Positions 41,524-53,652 of a stretch of 64,000 nucleotides of DNA are shown piece by piece. The DNA lies in NCBI GenBank assembly GCA_045837725.1, contig JBEWZL010000253.1:124001-188000 (forward strand). Reading direction: 5' to 3'. Source of the DNA: Vermamoeba vermiformis (lineage: Eukaryota). How positions within the stretch are numbered: the stretch's first letter is position 1; every line of letters starts with the position of its first letter. Position numbers and translations under genes: made by a program. The notes under the pieces were generated by a model, which was given only the letters and a program-made list of their open reading frames with translations, was not told where the DNA came from and searched no databases.

Positions 41524-42085
41524 TTTTAGCTGAGTTGAGGTGTTCAGTTGTGGGCACTGGTGACAAACTAACAATCAAAGAAAAAATTCAAAACACCAAA
41601 TACTGCGAGCTATTTTCAGCACTTGTGACGTGCTGTACACCACACTATAGGACCATGTTATATACAGATCTAGTGTCGTCATCGCTGGTAGTTGCTGGAC
41701 CTACATACAGCGCACATAAGTCGTGAAGCTTCACGGGATCGGATCTATTCCGAAGCAATTATTGTGATTGTCATATTCGTTCTGCAAGCGCTAGCAGTTA
41801 AATATAATATAGGAGCTGTTGTACTATTGAAGTGTCAAGTGATCACGGGTAATATTTTGAAACAGTTAATTAAGTCTGTGCTTTAATTAATTAACAACGA
41901 ATGGCACTCAAGCAATATCCATCGATTAACACTATATTTAGTAATGTTAAGGGAGAGATTTGGTCGCACGTACTGTGCGGTCGACCGAACTACATCCACC
42001 AGTATGAGAATTATTATTAACATTTTATGTAGCGGTTGTGATATTAGTCACCACCGATGACAATATATTACACACGTGAGCACTA

Positions 42086-45000
42086 TTAATCCTCCTGACT
42101 CATAGGCATCAATCGTCGTCGCTTGGTCGGTCGTTCCTCGTTGTCGTTGTCGAGGGCCAAATCCAGTTCCAATTGATCGCTCTTGAGCTCTTCCTCGCTC
42201 TGCTCTCTCTTGCGCTTCTTTGAGCTCTTGTGACTGCGCTTGTCTTTGTGCTTCTTGCTCTTCTTCTTGTCTTTCTTGCGCTTCTTCTGCTCTTCAGCGG
42301 CACTCGTCTCATCCGCACTCAGCTGTTCAATGGTCTCGTGCGCACTAGTCTCGTGCTCCTCTGCATCGCTGGCATCGCGCTGAGATCTGCTCTTCTTGCT
42401 GCGACGCTTGTTCTTCTTTTTGGTGCTCTTCTTGTGCTCCTTAGTAGTGTCATCGTCGTCCAGCTTGCCTCGGAAGATTGATCTGCCAGATCTGGTCGCT
42501 GACTCGCGCTCGAGCTCCGGTGCGGTGACAGGCACCTCGTCCTCGCTGACCTCCACTTCAATCTCTTCTTCTTCCTCCACCTCGTCGTCACTCGCGGCAG
42601 GACAGCGTTGTGTGGCATCGATCAGGCCGAGCTCTTGCAGCTTGTGGTGGCACTGACACGCGGTGACATCTGTCATCAGATTCACAATCACGTCCAAGCA
42701 GTCCGGGCCGGTGTTGTAGCGCGCATAAGTACTGCGCAGCTCTTCCACTTCTTCCTCGCTCCACTCGCGCGTCTCAGGCACGTGATTGCTGGCACGTGTC
42801 ACTTTGCGCACAATCTTCTTGGTGACACGTCGCTTCTTGGTGTGCTCTTCCGCGGCTCTGTTGTCAGCAGCCTGTTTGAGCTCAGCTTCAATGTCAAAGT
42901 CCACGTCGTCCTCGGGCTGATCAGGACCGTCATCGTCTTCGCGGCCAGCAGAACTGTTGCTGAGACACTCGCCCTTGTGGCGCCAGAACAACACTTCAAT
43001 GCCCTTCACTTCTGGCTTCTTTTGCAGATCTGTGATGAAGTGGCGCACAATGTGAGCTGCAAATGAACGCATTTCTTTGAAGCGCGCATCGTGCTCAATC
43101 ATGGGGTCATTTAAGATCTGATTGAATACCCGCAGCACGGTGATCTGTAGCGCGGTGAGTAGCGTGTCAAACGTGTCACAGCGCGGCACTTACTTGATAG
43201 AACAGCCCGCGGTAGTGCAGTGGCTTGTCAGCGAGGCGATAGAACATCTTGATGATCATGTGATTCACGACCTCGCTGTTGTTCGTGTAGTCCTTGAGGG
43301 CCAACAGATAAGGACGCAGCACTGAGGCCTTGGCGTAGAGTGCGAGGTACTGTGGCACGGTGAGATACGTGTCGTCGGAGATGTGGCCGTCCTCGTCGTC
43401 TGACACACTCAGCGCATCATCTGCTGCACCCTCAACGAGTCCTGCGTCACCTTCCACTGGCTGTGCAGCTTCACCTTCAGCGGCGTATTGCTTGTCTGTG
43501 TCGTAGTGTCAGTACACCCCTAGTGGCTGCGAACACCCATTACCTTGCACAAACTCCTCAGTCTCGCCTTTGTTCGCGTGAGTGCTGCGACCAGAACGCT
43601 TCTTGCGCGTGATCAACTTGCGCGAGCCACTAGTCTCGAGCTCTAAGAGCTTGAGCACCGCGTGAATGACTTGAATGAGATCGACGAGATAGGTCTTGGT
43701 CTGCTTCGAGGGATTGAAGCCGCGAATGAACTGCACTAATCTGTCGAGACACAGCTCGCGGTGATAGAACAACTTCTCTGTCAAGATGCGTGCTGCACGC
43801 TTGAGCTCGGCATCGGCACTGGTGTACATGCTGACTACATTCGTGATCTGTCAAACAGCTCCATTAGTCACGCCGAGCAGTGCATCAGCGACACTCACCA
43901 GCTCTTTGAATGCGCGCATCACTAACTGCAAGCGCGGCCACTGTTTGAGTTCGAACCACGCCTGACACTTGTCCACCATCTCGCGCAGAGTGTCAAATGT
44001 CACGGAGACACTGACAGATGTCACATCGAAGGTTGGAGCAGTGCTGTCCTGCGTCTGCTGACTCTTCTTGGCAAGTTGAATGTGGTGATTGAGTCCGACA
44101 AAGTAGCCAATGAACCAGTGGTATTGATCTTCACTCGCGGCAAGGGTCTTCGCGGCTTCAAATCTGTCGCGGGCCAGCGCACTCACAAAGTCTGACAGGT
44201 GACACGTGTCAACGCTACGTTCACAAAGAGCACCGTTTGACACTTACCGTTGTAGCAGTACTCGATGATCTGTTCGCCAACACTCTTCAAAATCACTTGC
44301 ACGCGGCTGCTGCTCTGCGGTGTCACGTCACTCGCCAGTCGTTTGCGACCGCGAGGATTGGTCAGTGGCTTGGGCAACACATCGCGCGGCAATATGCGCT
44401 GCACGGACTTGTTCTTGATGGACTTGCTGCCGTCCTGCAGGAGGTGAAGTGAGTCACGTGACAATCAAACAGTAATGTTATGGCACGTACAGTGCTGGTG
44501 GTGACGAAACAGCCGCCAAATCGTTGATGGCGCGCACCGTGCGTTACATTAGTCAACAACTCGCTGTACTTCCTCTCGCGCTGCACTTGTGTCTTGAGCG
44601 TAGCGGAGACCTCTTTGTTCTGATAATAAGAGTTAGGCTTGAATCGCGAGTGAGTTTGTACGTACTTTCGAGGTCAATGCATCTTGATAGGCCGTGACGA
44701 GGTCAGCAGGCGAGTCTCGATGGAACAGTAAGTAGACGGTTTCGAGCATCAGATGCAAGAACTTTTTGTTTTCTGAACGATTGATGTTTTGCAAGAGGTG
44801 CATGTAGAACTCGAGCACATTTTCTTCGAAGAGGGCGATAATAAAGTTGTCCTAAGAGGCAATGGATCAGCTAACTTCGACAATGCTCAACGCGCTTACC
44901 TGCAAGCGGTGTTTGTGTGCATCGCCTGAGCTGGTGGATGGCTTGGGGTCTGGCACGGCCAACAAATTCTTAAACAGCACGAGAATGCCCTCCATCATCG

Positions 45001-45646
45001 CCTGATCCGTCTTCACATCGCTGAGGCAGCAGTCAGCTTTGGACGAGCAAATAATAATGTCGCGACTTACCGCTCAGGCTTGGCTAAGATGGTCACCAAG
45101 ACCTCCATAAGCACTGCGAGGGCATCTTGATCGAGAAATGCTTCTTTAGCTTGTTGCAAATAGAGCAATTGTCGATCTGCTTGTCGTGCATTGGGATCAA
45201 CAGGTCCCGTCAGCAGAATCATGCAACGTACTAACAATATGTGTTATATCAAATACTGCGCTTGCTATGCAATACAATGTTTCCTTACCGATCTGCATGA
45301 CGAGATCGCGATCGCTTCTGTAGTGGGTGAGCAGTGGCAACAAATGACGCTGTACAATCTCCCACTGACACAACAACTGGCGCAGGGGCCTCATCTCTTC
45401 GTTGTCCTTGCGCAAGAAGCGAATCACGTCCATCAAATAGGCTGTTGGACGAAATTTGTCAGATTAACACAGATCTGATACCATCGAATAGAATTGATAA
45501 TACAATCACGTACTAGTAGTGTCCGTCTCTTTTTCGTACACTTCGTTCACTGTATTGTCCTCATCTTCGACTTCTACAAACTTTCCAAGCCTTTCAACAC
45601 ATTTTAATAATCCTCGTTGTGCAGCTCGTTCAAATTGAGTGGCCAT
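42086..45646 (-). CDS. TIMELESS: Timeless/Tof1/Swi1 replication fork protection protein
   Basis: CLMDVIRFLRKD...LCQWEIVQRHLLPLL, ILVLFKNLLAVPD, RHQRFGG, LFYHRE, VNHMIIKMFYRLA...LFYQ, EVLFW. Confidence 0.9.
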
Positions 45647-45716
45647 GATAATATATTATAACGATATGTATTCACAGAGGCCTATTAATAATTAATATGA
45701 TAATTATTTTTAAATA

Positions 45717-45889
45717 TTAACGGCCACTTTGCGCGGCAAGCTTACAGTTCCGTAACTAACGCGTATTGCCTCGATATTAGCACTATATCGATATCGTCTG
45801 GTCTACTTCAGCTGTATTAACAAGTTAATGGCCTTAACAACTCGCTAATTTTTGAAATTCCCATTGGGCGGGAAAGTAACTAGCCGTTA
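45717..45889. promoter_or_regulatory. Bidirectional cell-cycle-type promoter (Myb, CHR, CCAAT and E2F motifs)
   Basis: TAACGG ~45718, TTTGCGCG ~45728, TTTGAAA 45851, ATTGG 45863, GGCGGGAAA 45867 and CCGTTA 45884, lying between Timeless and a KEN/D-box gene. Confidence 0.55.
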
Positions 45890-45961
45890 CAAACAAAACA
45901 AAAAAAACTTGTTTTAATTCCGTATTGTTATCATTTATTTCAATACATAACACCACGCGAC

Positions 45962-46554
45962 ATGTCCCTTCAATACGCAGTTCAAGATAAAGAGAATTTG
46001 ATTGCAAATGGTCCTGTTGTCAAGCAAGTTCAAAAGCAGGTTGTTAAAGCACCACTCCAGAAGAGCACATCTGGCTTGCAGCAACAACAGAGAAAGGCGC
46101 TAGGCAACATTACTAACATGGCCAACGCAGCGCCTTTGACTGTAGTGCCGGTATGTATTCCATTTGAGCCGGATTTGCAATTGTTTTCTGATAACCAAAA
46201 TCATAGGTTAAAACCAAGCTTGCTGCACCAAAACCAGTGCTCAAGCACACTGAAGAGCGCGAATATGCGCATTATAGCAAGCCTGTAGCACACAGCGACG
46301 AGTACATTGAATCTATTGATTTCACTCGCTTACATTCTTTGCCCATCATCTTTGATAAGAAAGTGCCCTCATTAAGCACCCTCGACGATTTTCCTATTGA
46401 ATTGGATCAAGAACCTCTCGGTAAGTCCTGTTCTTCCTTAGCTTTCCTCCATCTAGCTGATCTTGTCGTAGCTGTCGACGAAGAGCTCCCCAGCGACGAG
46501 TTCAATGCTGGATTTGATGCCCTAGCACCTCTTGAATTGGAGCTTACATTCTAA
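45962..46554 (+). CDS. Small APC/C-substrate protein with KEN box and D-box; securin-like
   Basis: DKEN, RKALGNITN, basic N-half, EEREYA motif and acidic C-half; three exons. Confidence 0.65.
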
Positions 46555-46699
46555 GGGAGTAATGTTCCCAATTTGTTGTATAGTTGTAGTTAAATAAATT
46601 TGTACAGTTTTTATTGGATCCGATCTGATTCGAAGACCACATCTTAGTCATTAATTTCATAGTACATTTAAAAATACTCGATCAATCTCGGAAGAGCGG

Positions 46700-47935
46700 A
46701 TGACAGAGTCTACAAGTAAGTTACGCCCAGCTGCGGATCAGAAACCTTACCAACAACATACCGAAAAAATTTTTAATTAAATAATTATTGCTGGTAAAGC
46801 ACTGGACAATTCCATGTGACAAAAAGAAATGCAATTAAAATTCAAAAAAATAATTTTACTTTCAGTCGAGGACGCAGAACTCGATGCATGGCTGCACCAA
46901 TTAGACGAGAGTGAGATGAGTGTCAAACTCGATGCTGCATCACGTGTCACAAGTGTCATTCATCGACTTGCACCACGCCATCACATGCGCGTACTGAGAG
47001 TAAGTGAGCTCTGAAACACCAGCACCGAGCTGACACGTGTCAAACAGGCACTCCTGCAATCACTGTCATTTCGTGACACGGCACTCATTGAGCACGTGGT
47101 GCCCGCAGTCAGTCACGTGACACGCGCACTGATAGCACAGCACGAGAAGAGTCAGGTCACCGTCGTGGCACCTGTCACGCGCGTCGTACTTGGTGCAAAG
47201 ATTGCTGAGCGACTGGAAGCGGCAAAGCAAGCGGCGTTCACTGAATACAACGAACCCGTGGACAGCACAGCAGCCCTGGTTGATGAGGTGCTCGACAAGC
47301 TTGTGTATGAGTTCAAATACATCACCAACAATGCACATTTGAGGGTAAGCCTGCGGCAATGACACCTGTCAAAGTGAGACCCCCAACAACTCATCCTTCG
47401 ACAGATTTACATGCGCCACGTGCCATCACTGCTGGAAAGCGCAGGACCCCACGTGATTAAACATTTGAAGGTACGTCGCACTCGTAGATGACACGTGTCA
47501 CTCACTGACCTCAGCCACTACTCAATCACGTGACATATCTGCTCACCATTGCGGATCAACAACTGACACGTGATCTGTTGCAGACACTGCGAGTCATTGT
47601 GCAGCAGTGTTGGATTAGGTAATTTTCACTGAACGGCCGGTTAATCTGAGCTCACTATTACCTCTTTTAGAATGGACTATCACGCACAGGAGATCTTTCA
47701 GTCACTGCTCGTCGTGTACGTTGATCACTGGGGCACGAGTGACGAGCACGCAGAGGTGACGCGCACGCAGATCACAGCGCTGTTGATCGCACTCAAGCAG
47801 TGTGTCTCCACCGCGCACTGGCAGGTAAGTGTCAAACACCGTCCTCGATGCAGCACTTACGTGTCAATTTAGGAACTGTTAGATACCTTGCAGACCTGCG
47901 ATGAGCTGCAAATATTGTACAGTCGTGTCAAATAA
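46700..47935 (+). CDS. TTI2: TTI2-like (TTT complex) helical protein
   Basis: IYMRHVPSLLESAGPHVIKHLKPLL...LQTLRVIVQQCWIRMDYHAQEIFQSLL resembles the Tti2 C-terminal region. Confidence 0.65.
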
Positions 47936-48177
47936 ACACCGTGTAAATAGAGACTAGTACTACTACTACTACGACCGCAAGCCTGACTTCCATTCAATGA
48001 CGAGTGAGTTGCGGTGTGAATTCGATTTCGAGGGGTTTACTTTTCTATTTTACAAAATACATTACAATCAATCAAGTGCCAAAAAATAAATAATACAAAA
48101 ATAGTGCCGCTGAGTATAGTAACAAACTAATTCGCAAGGGTAACTAATAATTCGTTCAAACATTATTAGTGAGGTGA

Positions 48178-51100
48178 CTAGTGCGAGTGTGAGCGTGGAT
48201 CTGAGGTGAACGAGCTCGCAGAATTGGAGTTCAGTGAATTCGCGTTCAGTGAATTGGGTGCGTTCAGTGAATTGGTGTGCACTGCGTACTGATTCGGTGC
48301 GTACTGTTGGCGTGCAGTGTTGGGACTGTGATTCGGTGACGGCGCGTAGTTGGGCCGTGCGTACTGGTGGTACTGCGTCATCACGTCCTTGGAGTACTGT
48401 TCATTGAACCCGAAGGGTGGGCTGCGATATGATTGGTCCACGGTGTAGCCTGCCAAACTGCGCGGTGGTGTTTGAAAATTGTTGGCATTGCTCGCATTGG
48501 CCGACGAGGGTGATGGATAGAGGGCGTTGCTGTTGTAGTAGTTCTGGATCTGGTACGCGGTGCTATTTTTAGCGCTGCTCAGCTCGCGAGTGCTGGCACC
48601 AGTGATGGCAGCAAACAGCTTGTTGAGGGGTGCGCAGTAGTTGTCGGGGTACTTGTCGCGCTCCTCCACCACTGGCGCAATGAACGAGTGCAGCAGCGAC
48701 CACGTCTCCAAAGTGTTGGGCACCTCTTTGCCCAGCTCCAACAGCTTCTTCACCAGCTGTGTGTCGAGCCATATGGCCAGGGACAGGGCTGGACAGCACT
48801 TGATGCTCGGGACTCGTGCCAAATTCGCGCGTGCATCGCTGAGACAGTTGTGCACGTGACGCAGTCCATCGTCGAGTGACATCTGTTGCAGCTTGATGTA
48901 CTGCAAGTAGAGCAGGGCCAGTGTGCTCTCCAGGAAGAAGTGGCCTAGTGACACTTGCCTAATTGGGGAATGATGGTTAGTGTCAATCGTCGCAAAAGAA
49001 TTGAAGTCCAAAAATCACGTGACTCACTTGTCGTAGGTCAAGTTGGTATGGAGGTACTTGAGATAGATTTCGAGTTCTTTGACCTCAGTCATGCGCGCAT
49101 GGAGTCTAATTACAGCAATCAGTCGTGCTGCACAATGCACTTGTCTAATTAGGACTTACAAGCCCACATCCGAGGGCAGATTGAAGCTAGCCACGTTCTT
49201 GAACAGATTCCTGCGTGTGAGGTTAGAAGCATGATCGACAGGAGTCAAATGCATCTAATTTAATGCGTGCACGTACGAGGTCACTAAGAATACCAGTACT
49301 ATGTGCGCGAGTAGATCGTAGGGCCGCTCTTTGCCGGGATCTGTTTTTTCGTCAATGATCAGTTGTGAATAGCTCTCCCTGGAACATGATAGTAAGTACA
49401 CAACGCCGGGCAATCGCCTATAAGCTCACTCACCAGGCATATTGATCGTGACCGGTGTTTTCGAGCGCTGCGCGTAGTGCGTAAATTCTGTTGGTTCGGT
49501 CAGATCTGCTTTAATGCGCACGACCACAAATCCGAATCTTACCTCTGCCATACTGATACAGGGATGCGCAGTTTTGAATCTTGAAAAGATTGGCACGTAG
49601 AAAATGCACCAACCGCAAAGCGAGCTGCGATCTCAGTTTTGCCGTCGTTAATGTAGTAAAGAGCCGAGAAAAATTGAGCCAAGGCTAGTAGTGTAGTTGC
49701 GTCCTATTAATAAGTTATTAGTACTGGTTGCATCAAACCACGTGCTAATTTCCTAAAAAGGATAATTCCTCTGCGGGAAGCGAGTGTCTAATTAAAGTCG
49801 AGGTTGGGAAGGTCTTCGCTATGATTCAAACCGTGTAATTATAACAAACGAACACACTAGCAAGTATTTAAATGTGACTTGCATCCAAGTGCACGATCTG
49901 CGACACTTAGGAACGAAGCGAGCAGAGCAGAACAACCCAGCTGAACTTTGGATTTTAACGAGCGGATTAATTGAGGTGCGGTTTATCATAATTATGCTTA
50001 CTGGATCTAACGCACGTAATCTCCAGCTTCAACTCTGTCGTCTTGAAAGACCCAAGTGGATTTTAAAGAAAGAATGGATGCTTTGAGGATGTATTTTTCT
50101 TAAATTACAGGTGCGTAATAGGAACACAGGTAAATGGTGTCTCGTTCACACGTGAAATCCGGATTTGAAGCGAAATTAAAAGAATTCGTCGTTTACTCGT
50201 AAATACGCAATGGATTTTGATGTTCCAAATTTCAGTATTAATACCGTACTTAATGCTCATGATTTAATTTCCTACAGGAAGACGAGCGAAATCGATCTAA
50301 ACCACAATTGACATGTAAAGTGGAGGATGGGACTTACCAAGTTGTAGCCGTGCGGTGTCGCAGTCAGGTACTTAATTATCTCTTGCGTCGCTGCCATGAT
50401 TTGATGCGCTTGATTGCGTTGATTTTGCGTCAGCAGTCCTGCAACATTGCCGTCAGTAGGGCGCTTGATATTGCTTAGATGAGATGGAGCAGATCAATCC
50501 GTGCTGCATCTGGTTGGATTTATTGCACGGAATAATAAGCAACCACCGTGGATGCATAACCAGAGATCAAAAATTTATGGGATGTGTTCGCGCGGTTTTA
50601 GTAACAAGACCACCGTTCCATCGGTATTCGATGACCCTGGTCGAGTTAGAATTCGTTGCGCCTCGCTGCGGCTAATTTTTGTTGGTTGTGTCTAAAAATA
50701 TCTTTTCTATCTTTGCAACAATTTTAGTTTGGATTTATCAGCGGGAGCTTTTTCCGCCGCAAAGAACTGCCGTACAGCGCGTTGAACCTCCGACAACGAG
50801 CTGAGTAGCAGTTGCAGCGGTAATACAGTCCCGAATGATTTAATTGGCGCACCATTTGGTGCACCACGATCCTGATCTGATCGCAACCACTAAAATTTAA
50901 ATTTTTGATTTGAAATCACGTATTCCTTTGGGAAAATTAGCCAATTTGAATAAGTGTGATCGACGATCGCTTGATGCATTCAGTTTTCAAGTTTGAGCTT
51001 GGATTATTGCAAGTACGTATAAATATGTAGCGGGCTTTATCACCGCGCGAGGGTAAAATAGGCATATATATAAATATAGACGCTTAATTAAAAGACATAC

Positions 51101-51875
51101 CGAATGCAATCAACACGCCGCGATAGGCGTGAGCAGCGAGTAGTTCGGGCTGAAAGCAGAGTAAGTGCTGTTGCAACTGTTCGCCGGTACTCAACAGATG
51201 CAGTGTTGAGCTCGGCAGTGAATGATGAGCTATATTCATATGCATCGCATGTTGCGTCAGGTAGCGGAGCGGATGTGGCAATTGGAGAGCTATACTCGGA
51301 ACTGGCGTGCCCCAAGTCTGCAGCAGATCTGACCACGCAGCTTCGAGCAGTTGTTTGTCAGCATCGTCGTATGTCGATGATGTGAAGGGTGCGTTGCATG
51401 GGCCGTGCTCGTTGCTCGGAATTCGCACATCTAGTTCGCTGGGGAACTGCTCAGATAATTCCGCTCCTCCGTGCACGTCTTGTTTTGATTCCGCGAACGG
51501 ATTCTTGCTATTGTATAGTGTTACTGCACCGCTGTGTTGTATAATACTAGTAACATTGCGCTTGTGTTTGCCGGTTCGTTTTAAATTTTGATCTCGGTAA
51601 TTCTCGTCGCCATCTGCTTGACCTTTGCGGCTCTTGGGACCGCGCTTGGTGGGCTCGCCATACTCGCATACTATGCCTCGCTTTTTGCAATTACTACAAT
51701 TGGGTTGTCCATTGCACCGCCTGTGAAGGGCTCTGCAGTTCTTGCACGCATTCGAGATGTAACGTTGCGCACCAGATCGAGCGTCCTTGTTGCGAGACTT
51801 TGCTGACTTTTTTTCACCACTGTCACTGCCCTCTTTGTCTGAATAAGATGCGTCTCCGTATGCTTCGTTGCTCAT
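48178..51875 (-). CDS. Zn(II)2Cys6 binuclear-cluster transcription factor (8 exons)
   Basis: ACKNCRALHRRCNGQPNCSNCKKRGIVCEY. Manual splicing links the 51084-52103 ORF through exons at ~50340-50440 and ~49030-49705 to the 48178 ORF in frame. N/S/P/Q-rich tail. Confidence 0.8.
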
Positions 51876-53652
51876 TTGTCTAATTAAGCAAAAAAGACAA
51901 AAGTTAAAACGTAAACCACAACATCCAAAAAAAAATAAAATTAGGAAGGTAGTGGTGTTCGCTAAGGGTTTAAAAAATTGGAAAAAGAATATCACGTTTG
52001 AGCGAGCAAAAAGACAAAAAATGTCAAAAAAGCGGTAATAAAAATAGAACAAAAGATTTCGTTGAGATTTCCATCTAAAAAAGGAAAGGTGAATTATAAC
52101 CAAGCATCGTTACAGAATTCTTGCTCCGAGCCAAGCCGAGGCCCGGTCAGCGAGTGATTCCATTGACGATGTTGGATCTGCAACTTTTTGTTACAGTTCG
52201 GTGGCAATCAATTCTATATCTCTATTTTTGGTATAAATCGGAACTTGACGCCGACTAGTGGATAATTATTGTTAAGACATCTGCTCCACTCTGTAAATAT
52301 ATCGCATCTAATCGGTGCATGTATGATTATGTAAATGTTTTGGTAGCATTACGTGCTCGTCAGATGTCGATCTGCTTGACACGCAAAAAATATCGCGAAT
52401 TCAGCAGTGCCAGGCACGAATGAATTGGATGTAAAATTAATGTTAAATATTACCTGGATGTTGCGGGTGTATTGGCACGACTCGTTGCTAAAACAAATAA
52501 ACTGGAGCTGTGTGGTTGTTCAACTCGGATGCAACAAGTGACTTTTTTAAAAACTGACTGAGCTGAGTTTTGCAGGTGTGTAGTATGCTATATTAGTATA
52601 ATTACAAATACTTGATCTGAGAAAAACCGGGCTAGTCCGTGCTCAACACAAAATCCTGTGACATCTGGTTGACATGTGAATCGCAAACAGTTTTGGCGTA
52701 ACTTTCGGAACATTGCCGCCAAGCAGCACTACCAACAGCTGCGTGTGATATGATACCACAGCTCATTGATTCACTATGTAATATGTTGATCAATTTCTCG
52801 CGACATGCGTGCCTCGATCTGAGTTTGCAGATGTCACGGTCATGACAAACACTAAACTCACCGGAACCAAGGACATCGTAGAGAACTGTCGAGGAGGTAC
52901 AATGCGCTGCTATTAATAGTCGTGTATTGATATGCAATGTTTTTGCTTTCGGTAACTTGTCGAGACCAAATTCGAAACATTTCGATTGCTCGGACAACAG
53001 TGTTACATCGCTTGTTGTCGAGGTACCGTAGCTAGCTTAAATTAGCTGTTATATTTAGAATAAATCAATAAATTTTAGTTTTTAGTTGTGTGGTTTAAAA
53101 TAAACCAAAGAAGAGATATTGCAATGTTTTGAGACAACTACTTCGCGAATCGGAATCGGCATGTTTTCATTGTAACGACGCGATTGTAATTGAGAAGGAT
53201 ATTCGCTGTCAGTTCGGCGGATAATTAAATGGTCGGTGATTCTGCGCTCCGAGATAAATTTTATAAATTCCGCTGCAATCACGTAACAACTTGTCTACTA
53301 AGCGTAATTAATAGCATGGCAATGATGAAACACATGGCTGTAATAGTATACGATTGTGTTGCTCGTCATCACTGTTCGCGAATCATATTGACACTTTCAA
53401 AAACTAATCAGGTGAAACAATCTTTGACACGTGTCATTGCGCAGCTATCTCCGAGGCCACCAATTATCTAGTATATTGAAATTATAATTTCACCGAATTG
53501 ATGCTGGTTTGATTGCACTGTTCCTATTTACGATTTTAGTTCTTATCCGCGAATTAAATTTACATCAATGTACAAGCATTGATCGCGTGAAATTTCCAGC
53601 GATCAAATCGAAAGATTGGTAGCGCACGTGATCGAGTCTCAAACACACAACA

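Noticed and set aside
52632-53282. Minus-strand ORFs between the Zn2Cys6 and RING genes
   Set aside because: No stop-free ATG-initiated spliced model and no recognisable motif.
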